This document shows positions 1 to 6,528 of a stretch of DNA of 36,575 nt, piece after piece. The position numbers were made by a program, and so were the translations under genes. Each line of letters opens with the position of its first letter. Within the stretch, counting starts at the first letter, position 1. The stretch spans positions 1 through 36,575 of the forward strand of contig SXSO01000138.1 in assembly GCA_005792205.1 (NCBI GenBank). Reading direction: 5' to 3'. Below the pieces are notes generated by a model. The model was not told the origin of the DNA. It saw nothing but the letters and a program-made list of their open reading frames with translations, and did not search any database. The DNA comes from Bacteroidota bacterium (GTDB lineage Bacteria > Bacteroidota > Ignavibacteria > UBA10030 > F1-140-MAGs086).

Positions 1-83
1 ATAATCTAAACAGTGGAATTTATTTTTATAAACTCACGACAAATAACTTTTCCGAAATGAAGAAAATGATTTTAGTAAAATAA
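1..83 (+). CDS. 3' end of a T9SS C-terminal sorting domain protein (truncated by the window edge)
   Basis: Frame from nt 3 reads NLNSGIYFYKLTTNNFSEMKKMILVK-stop (TAA 81-83), essentially the same C-terminus as the ORFs at 563-4555 and 18615-21131. Confidence 0.9.
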   Translation, partial: NLNSGIYFYKLTTNNFSEMKKMILVK

Positions 84-110
84 GTTTTTAGTCGTTATCG
101 TCGTTAAAAG

Positions 111-151
111 AAAATGGGATACAAAGTTTTTTGTGTCCCATTTTTGTTTTT
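111..151 (+). terminator. Rho-independent terminator after T9SS cargo gene, copy 1
   Basis: AAAATGGGATACAAA-GTTT-TTTGTGTCCCATTTT stem-loop (one G-U pair) followed by a T-rich tract. Confidence 0.8.
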
Positions 152-194
152 GGGAAATTGGAAAATTGGTTTAATAATGACAAATTATTTCTCT

Positions 195-425
195 AAAAAT
201 TGGAGTGTTTTTTCACATAAGAAGAGAGTTTTTCCTCGTCGGAATGGTTTACTTTTGACCGAAACGGTGCTAATTTATTGAGTGAAATCGCCATATTACA
301 TAAACTCATTATATTACAATATCAATCGATTTGACAGGAAAAAATTTCCACTTTATTATAATAAATAGGAAAATTTTTCCGTTCCAAATTATTTCTCAAA
401 ATAACGATTTTGGATAGTAAATACC
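195..425 (+). repeat. Intergenic modular repeat, copy R1 (lacks the 103-bp hairpin module)
   Basis: GGAGTGTTTTTTCAC..AAGAAGAG..TTTTTCCTCGTCGGAATGGTTTACTTTTGACCGAAACG, then TATTGAGTGAAATCGCCATATTAC, CAATATCAATCGATTTGACAGGAAAA and AAATTTTTCCGTTCCAAA, all shared with R2. Confidence 0.9.
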
Positions 426-495
426 AATATAAAGTAACAATCAAATTTTTTAAAAGTAAAATATGACTTTAAGTATTTCTAACAATTGTATTTCG

Positions 496-525
496 TTTGT
501 AAATAAATAATATTTGTTATATCTT
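496..525 (+). promoter_or_regulatory. Candidate sigma70-type promoter of the GH8 T9SS gene
   Basis: TTGTAA (497-502), 17 nt, TATCTT (520-525). The 16-mer TTTGTAAATAAATAAT also lies upstream of the other complete T9SS gene. Confidence 0.4.
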
Positions 526-571
526 CTACAAATAACAATCCCTTTTTTAAACATTATTTTTTTTGTGTTAT

Positions 572-3500
572 ATGCAATTACGACTAATTTATTATCTGTT
601 AATTATCAGTTTGGTCACTCTTTTCACAGGAGAACATTTTGCTTATTCACAAACTGTTAATTTTCCTTTTCCACAACATTTCACTTATACCGAAGGGACT
701 ATTTTCCCGTCAAATTATACTCAGCAACAACTTGATGATTCTACTTCTGTCTTTTACACGCGATGGAAAGAACGATATCTAATCAACGGTTGCGAACCGA
801 ATCAATATTATGTTTTCTGGAATTATGAAGGAGGTGGAAATCCACCAAATAGTATATCTATTTCCGAAGGACACGGTTACGGAATGATAATTACTGCGTT
901 GTTTGCGGGTTTCGATGTAAATGCAAAAAATTATTTTGATGGATTATACCGATACTTCAAAACTCATCCCACTGAAAGCGATTCTTTCTTAATGGCATGG
1001 AATCAAATTACCGGATGTGTCAATGCCGCAAACGGCGGAACAAGTGCTACCGATGGGGATTTGGATATTGCATACGCATTATTGCTTGCAGATAAACAAT
1101 GGGGAAGCAACGGAGAAATTGATTATCTCGCAGAAGCAAAAAATATACTTTTATCGCTTGAACAAAATTGTATAAATCCGATAACGTCAACAGTGACATT
1201 AGGAAATTGGGTAAATTCTTCCAATCAAAATTATTACTACGGAACACGAACCTCCGATTTTATGTTCTCGCATTTTCAATCATTTACGCTTGCATCGAAG
1301 AATCCGAAATGGAATCAAGTGAAAGATAAATGCTACGAACTTATTTCTTCCATTCAGAATAATTATAGCGCATCAACTGGCCTTCTTCCCGATTTTATCT
1401 ATCAGGTGAACACACAACCGAAACCCGCTCCTGCAAATTATCTCGAAGGAAATAATGATGGAAAATATTATTACAATGCTTGCCGCGTTCCGTGGAGAGT
1501 TGCTATGGATTATTTACATTACGGAGATATACGCGCAAAAAATTCTTTGGAAAAAATAAATACGTTCATCAAATCCACAACAAATTCTTCTCCGCAAAAT
1601 ATACTTCCAGGTTACGCGCTCAACGGAACGCCAATTCACACCGATTATGTAGATTTACCGTTTATCGCGCCGTTTGCCGTAAGTGCAATGACTGATTATT
1701 CGCATCAGCAGTGGTTAAACTCTATGTGGAATTATCTGCTGACGTTTTCGTTGAATGACGCATCGTATTATGGCAACACACTCAAACTTCTTTCAATGAT
1801 TGCCGTTTCCGGCAATTGGTGGAATCCACAAATTCTAACGTTTGGAAATTCTCTGTATGTTTCTACAAATGGAAACGATAATAATCCCGGAACAGAACTG
1901 TTGCCGTTGAAAACTGTTCAGCGAGCATTGAATATTGCTTCTGCGGGAACTACAATTTTTGTGAAAGAAGGAATCTATAACGAAAAAATTACATTCACTC
2001 ATTCGGGAAATGTGAACGATGGATTTATTACGCTTCGCAATTATGGAGGCGATACTGCAATTCTCGATGGAACAGGAAAAATGGGAGAACAAATGATTTT
2101 GATTGAAAATAAAAGTTATCTCAAAATCATCGGTTTGGAAATACAAAATAATTTGAATCAATCATTTGGTTCGGGAATTTGGATAAAAGGAAACGGAACA
2201 CATATCGAAATCCGCAACAATCGTATTCACGATATGAAAGCAACGACCAACGGTGACGCGATGGCGATTTCTGTGTACGGAACAAACGCAACTCCGTTTT
2301 CCAATATTATCATTGACAGTAACACAATTTACAATTGTCAACCGGGACACAGCGAAGCGCTTACTTTGAACGGAAATGTTGATACGTTTCAAATCACTCA
2401 CAATATCGTTCACGACGTAAACAACATTGGCATTGATATGATTGGCGGCGAAGGAACGTGTCCCGATGCAAATCAGGATGCGGCAAGAAATGGAATTTGC
2501 AGAAACAATATTGTTTATAATGCACATTCCAATTACGGCGGAGGATATGCAGCGGGAATTTATTCTGATGGTGGAATCAATATCATAATTGAAAACAATC
2601 TTGTCTTTTCTTCTGATGCTGGTTTTGAAATCGGCTGTGAAAATCAAGGAAGGATTTCCTCGGGAATTATTTTGCGAAATAACATAGCATATAACAATGA
2701 TAAACGTGGAATTGGAATCGGCGGATATAATTTTCCGCAAACGGGAAAAGTTATCAATTCGTATATCGTGAACAATACACTTTTTAATAATGATATTCTG
2801 AATACAACTGAAGGAGAATTGGTTGTGGAATACACGCAAAATTGTTGGTTTGAAAACAATATTTTTTATGCTTCATCGCAAAATCGGTTGTTCGTAACAA
2901 CAGTCGGAAACAATAGTGGAAATATTTTCAATCACAATACTTGGTATTCTCCCGGTGGAAATTCATCTGTAACGATAGATTTCAACGGAACGATATATTC
3001 TTCATTTACTGCGTATCAGAACGGAACGGGACAAGACGGAAATTCAGTTTTCGGAAATCCCCTCTTCATTTTTCCATCTTCGTCGTTTCCCGATTTTCAT
3101 CTTCTCAATAATTCTCCCGCAATAAATATTGGCAATAATTCGCTTTCAACAATATTAGGAAATTTTGATTATGATGGAAACGAACGAATCCAAAATGGAA
3201 TTGTTGATTGTGGCGCGTTTGAAATGAACACGAATGCGCCAAATCCGCCACAAAATTTAACTGTTGCTGGAAATGATTCGCTGGTAATTTTGCGATGGAA
3301 TAAAAATTCAGAAAATAATATTCTTCGCTACAGAATCTACGGAAGTACAACGTTTCATCCGATTTCACAAATTGATTCTACAACTGATACTTCAATTACC
3401 ATTGTGAATTTACAACGCGGAGTGCAATACTATTTTCGCATCACATCAGTAAATACAGAAATTTTGGAAAGCGGTTTTTCTAATGAAGTTAATTTTACTA

Positions 3501-4555
3501 CGCTTGCGTTTCAAATGTTTCGCACATTCAAATCGGATACTTCGCTTTCAAAAAAAGCAAATAAAGTAAAAATAAAAAAGAATGTTATAACAGTTTTTCC
3601 AAACATCGCAACGGTTATTGAAAATATTTTCATAACAAATGGAAAAATATTTAGACTGAATTTGGGAATTCCTCAAACATCTACAAATACAAAGAAATAT
3701 GCGTGGTTACAATTTAAAAAGTCGTCAGAAATTGGAAACCTTTATACGTCATCTCACACGGATAATGGAATTGCGTATCCAATTGATTCACTTCGCAGTG
3801 GAACGAAAGCAAAAAAAATGTCAAAAGCAATTACACCAACAAGAAAAAATTTTGACAACATTGCGTTTGAGCAAGGAGTTGTTTTTAAAATGAACATTGT
3901 TGCAAGTGAAGACACAATTCTTCCGTATGGATTTGGAGATTTGATTTTGGACACTTCATTTGTGTTTATTGGCAAAAATTTAAATGGAATGGCATTAAAA
4001 AATATTGCAATTTATTTTGATTCCGTTATGACGTATTGGGAAATTTTTGGAATAAATAATCAAACTCAATATGAAAATTTGTATTCATTTTCAAAACATA
4101 TTTTGAAGCGAATTAACGATGGTTTTTTTGCTCTAATGGATACATCAAATTATGAAATTGACAAAAATGTAATTGTAAAAAAACCGTATTCTGTGAAATT
4201 GGATGGAGTAAAACTCGCTTCTGAAATTGGAATTATAAAACAATTTACCGAAAAAAATATTTCTAACTTTTCAGAGGAAAATAATTTTCTCGATAAATTT
4301 TCATTGAAACAAAATTATCCAAATCCATTTAATCCGAAAACAAAAATAAAATATGAAATTGCAAAAAGTGGATTTGTAAATTTAAAAGTGTTTGATGTTT
4401 TAGGTCGTGAAATAAAAACACTTGTAAATGAATCTCAAAATGTTGGAACTTACGAAATTGATTTTGATGCGAGTCATTTGAACAGTGGAATGTATTTTTA
4501 CAAACTCACGACAAATAATTTTTCTGAAATGAAGAAAATGATTTTAGTAAAATAA
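572..4555 (+). CDS. Secreted multidomain glycoside hydrolase: signal peptide, GH8, right-handed beta-helix (DUF1565-type start, choice-of-anchor-Q-like end), FN3, unassigned conserved domain, T9SS CTD
   Basis: GH8 motifs SEGHGYGM, SATDGDLDIAYALLLADKQW and YYYNACRVPWR; YVSTNGNDNNPGT..PLKTVQRA and Asn-rich beta-helix; DFHLLNNSPAINIG..DCGAFE; FN3 PNPPQNL..LRW..YRIY..YYFRITSVN; CTD FSLKQNYPNPFNP..KKMILVK. ATG at 572 is preferred over the TTG at 563. Confidence 0.9.
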   Translation: MQLRLIYYLLIISLVTLFTGEHFAYSQTVNFPFPQHFTYTEGTIFPSNYTQQQLDDSTSVFYTRWKERYLINGCEPNQYYVFWNYEGGGNPPNSISISEGHGYGMIITALFAGFDVNAKNYFDGLYRYFKTHPTESDSFLMAWNQITGCVNAANGGTSATDGDLDIAYALLLADKQWGSNGEIDYLAEAKNILLSLEQNCINPITSTVTLGNWVNSSNQNYYYGTRTSDFMFSHFQSFTLASKNPKWNQVKDKCYELISSIQNNYSASTGLLPDFIYQVNTQPKPAPANYLEGNNDGKYYYNACRVPWRVAMDYLHYGDIRAKNSLEKINTFIKSTTNSSPQNILPGYALNGTPIHTDYVDLPFIAPFAVSAMTDYSHQQWLNSMWNYLLTFSLNDASYYGNTLKLLSMIAVSGNWWNPQILTFGNSLYVSTNGNDNNPGTELLPLKTVQRALNIASAGTTIFVKEGIYNEKITFTHSGNVNDGFITLRNYGGDTAILDGTGKMGEQMILIENKSYLKIIGLEIQNNLNQSFGSGIWIKGNGTHIEIRNNRIHDMKATTNGDAMAISVYGTNATPFSNIIIDSNTIYNCQPGHSEALTLNGNVDTFQITHNIVHDVNNIGIDMIGGEGTCPDANQDAARNGICRNNIVYNAHSNYGGGYAAGIYSDGGINIIIENNLVFSSDAGFEIGCENQGRISSGIILRNNIAYNNDKRGIGIGGYNFPQTGKVINSYIVNNTLFNNDILNTTEGELVVEYTQNCWFENNIFYASSQNRLFVTTVGNNSGNIFNHNTWYSPGGNSSVTIDFNGTIYSSFTAYQNGTGQDGNSVFGNPLFIFPSSSFPDFHLLNNSPAINIGNNSLSTILGNFDYDGNERIQNGIVDCGAFEMNTNAPNPPQNLTVAGNDSLVILRWNKNSENNILRYRIYGSTTFHPISQIDSTTDTSITIVNLQRGVQYYFRITSVNTEILESGFSNEVNFTTLAFQMFRTFKSDTSLSKKANKVKIKKNVITVFPNIATVIENIFITNGKIFRLNLGIPQTSTNTKKYAWLQFKKSSEIGNLYTSSHTDNGIAYPIDSLRSGTKAKKMSKAITPTRKNFDNIAFEQGVVFKMNIVASEDTILPYGFGDLILDTSFVFIGKNLNGMALKNIAIYFDSVMTYWEIFGINNQTQYENLYSFSKHILKRINDGFFALMDTSNYEIDKNVIVKKPYSVKLDGVKLASEIGIIKQFTEKNISNFSEENNFLDKFSLKQNYPNPFNPKTKIKYEIAKSGFVNLKVFDVLGREIKTLVNESQNVGTYEIDFDASHLNSGMYFYKLTTNNFSEMKKMILVK

Positions 4556-4582
4556 GTTTTTAGTCGTTATCGTCGTTAAAAG

Positions 4583-4623
4583 AAAATGGGATACAAAGTT
4601 TTTTGTGTCCCATTTTTGTTTTT
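4583..4623 (+). terminator. Rho-independent terminator after T9SS cargo gene, copy 2
   Basis: Same sequence as 111-151. Confidence 0.8.
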
Positions 4624-4666
4624 GGGAAATTGGAAAATTAGTTTAATAATGACAAATTATTTCTCT

Positions 4667-5000
4667 AAAAATTGGAGTGTTTTTTCACACAAGAAGAGTA
4701 TTTTTCCTCGTCGAAATGCTTTACTTTTGACCGAAACGATAGTGTTTTCGTAAAAATACACTCTATTTTCGGGAAAGTGTAATCAAATCGGTCAAAAAAC
4801 GCTTCACCGAGACGAAAATGAAGTCATTTTTGACCGAAACGGGACGAAATTATTGACTAAAATCTCCATATTACAAAAAGCCATTTTATTACAATATCAA
4901 TCGATTTGATAGGAAAAGATTTCCTCTTTTAGACAACAAAACGATAAATTTTTCCGTTCCAAACTTGTTCTCCAAAACAACGAGTTTAGACAAATAAATA
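4667..5000 (+). repeat. Intergenic modular repeat, copy R2 (carries the 103-bp module)
   Basis: Collinear with R1 plus an extra 103 bp bounded by TTTTGACCGAAACG direct repeats at 4725-4738 and 4828-4841; internal hairpin 4728-4794. Confidence 0.9.
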
Positions 5001-5105
5001 TCACTCCAAAATCTGGTTTCATAAATAAAAGAAAATCCATTTACAGAAAAATAAAACTGGATTTACAAGTTTAAAATTTTATTTCCAATTTCAATTTATC
5101 AAAAT

Positions 5106-5143
5106 AAAAAAAGGCAATTCAAAAAATTTGAGTTGCCCTTTTA
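5106..5143 (-). terminator. Intrinsic (likely bidirectional) terminator after the amidohydrolase operon
   Basis: A-tract, GGCAATTCAAA-AAA-TTTGAGTTGCC, T-tract. Confidence 0.7.
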
Positions 5144-5224
5144 TTTTTAAATCAATGTCTTCAATTTACAAACCAATAATTAAATTGATAAACAAAAATT
5201 AAATTCACAATACAAAAAATTTTT

Positions 5225-6523
5225 TTACACAAATAAATTTTTATTTCTCATATCTTTTTTATACTTTTCATATAACATTGTTTGATGACTTGTTAAATCA
5301 ATTTTTTTTCCGTCAATAAATTCCATTTCAACATTTGAACGAATATCAAAAATATCTCCATTCACAATAATTAAATTTGCGTCTTTTCCAATTTCTAACG
5401 ATCCAATTCTATTATCAACACCAAAAATTTGTGCGGGAAAAAGTGTAATGGATTTCAATGCAATATCTTTTGGAAGTCCATGAGCAATAGCAGTTCCAAC
5501 TTGATATGGAAGATTGCGATAATTTCCATCTCCACCTTCGTCTGCAGAAAAACAAAATTGGATTCCATTTTCATACAATTTTTTTGGAAGTAAAAATGGT
5601 TCGTTATACTGTTCCCAATTTCTATCGGGAAGTCGATGAGTCATATTTGCAACAACAGGAATTTGTTTTTCTTTCAAAAGATTTGCAATTCTCCAACTGT
5701 CATTTCCACCTGCAATTATTATGCGAACGTCATATTCTTCTGCAAACGCAACTGCAGATTGAATTTGTAAAATATCAAATGCCCAAACAAGAAGTGGAAC
5801 TTTTTTTTCAAAAACATTTATCATTGCGTCAAATTTTGCATCATATTTTTGTAGTGAATTATTTTTCTTTGCAACGAAATATGCTTTTGCATCTTTGAAA
5901 AATATTTGTAGTTCGTTTACAGATTTTTCATTTTCTTTTTTTTGGTCTTCTTCACTTCTTGTTTCCCACCACGCAGTATTTATTTTCATACTTGGGAAAT
6001 TCAAAACCATTGCTGACATTGATTTTACAAGCATATCTTCATAAGTCCATCCGTCAAGATTTACTGTTGCAATACTTCCAGAAATAATTCCACTTTGTGG
6101 TAAAACATTTACAGTTGTAATTCCATTGAAACGAGTTACAGGAATCAATTCGCTTTCAGTATAAACGGCAACTTCTGTTTTTAAATTCGGATTAAATTTT
6201 CCACCTTCAACATTATCGTGAGTTGCGCGAAGTGCTTGAACTTCATTTAATCCAAGAGTTGTGATTGAACTAAAAAGTCCGGGATAAATATGTTTTCCAC
6301 TTGCATCAATAATTTCATATTCAGAAGTTAAAGAAAAGTTTTTTCCAACAAATTCAATTTTTCCATTGCGAAAAGTTATTGTTCCTTTTTCAATTATTTC
6401 ATTTGCCGTGAAAACAGTTCCATTGATAATTGCAATTGGTTTGATTTGTTTTTTTGCAGGAATTTGATCGTTGCAAAAAATAATTTTGACAAAAAATAAA
6501 AAGAGAATAAAGTTTTTTTTCAT
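5225..6523 (-). CDS. Amidohydrolase-family protein, secreted, with degenerate metal site
   Basis: IDASGKHIYPGLF and IGSLEIGKDANLII amidohydrolase composite-domain motifs; HxH absent; N-terminal signal peptide. Confidence 0.85.
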   Translation of the reverse strand: MKKNFILFLFFVKIIFCNDQIPAKKQIKPIAIINGTVFTANEIIEKGTITFRNGKIEFVGKNFSLTSEYEIIDASGKHIYPGLFSSITTLGLNEVQALRATHDNVEGGKFNPNLKTEVAVYTESELIPVTRFNGITTVNVLPQSGIISGSIATVNLDGWTYEDMLVKSMSAMVLNFPSMKINTAWWETRSEEDQKKENEKSVNELQIFFKDAKAYFVAKKNNSLQKYDAKFDAMINVFEKKVPLLVWAFDILQIQSAVAFAEEYDVRIIIAGGNDSWRIANLLKEKQIPVVANMTHRLPDRNWEQYNEPFLLPKKLYENGIQFCFSADEGGDGNYRNLPYQVGTAIAHGLPKDIALKSITLFPAQIFGVDNRIGSLEIGKDANLIIVNGDIFDIRSNVEMEFIDGKKIDLTSHQTMLYEKYKKDMRNKNLFV

Positions 6524-6528
6524 GGCGA

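Larger units (their letters stand above)
1..266 (+). repeat. Direct repeat of 4473-4738 (CTD coding end, 3'UTR, terminator and start of the intergenic element)
   Basis: Collinear at offset 4472; by eye 6 mismatches across the non-coding part 84-266. Confidence 0.95.

Noticed and set aside
1-83. Diversity-generating retroelement VR/TR pair among the near-identical gene 3' ends
   Set aside because: Differences are mostly synonymous C/T changes rather than adenine-specific, all copies are coding ends, and there is no reverse transcriptase in the window.
84-266. Integron attC sites behind cassette-like genes
   Set aside because: I could not find a properly paired RYYYAAC..GTTRRRY box arrangement, no integrase is present, and the repeat extends into coding sequence.
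1835-2839. Minus-strand ORFs of 108 and 225 aa, and the other short overlapping ORFs in the track
   Set aside because: They are antisense or off-frame shadows of well-supported genes and have no recognisable motifs.
4667-5000. Autonomous IS element
   Set aside because: No transposase ORF, and no clear terminal inverted repeats with target-site duplication at the outer ends.
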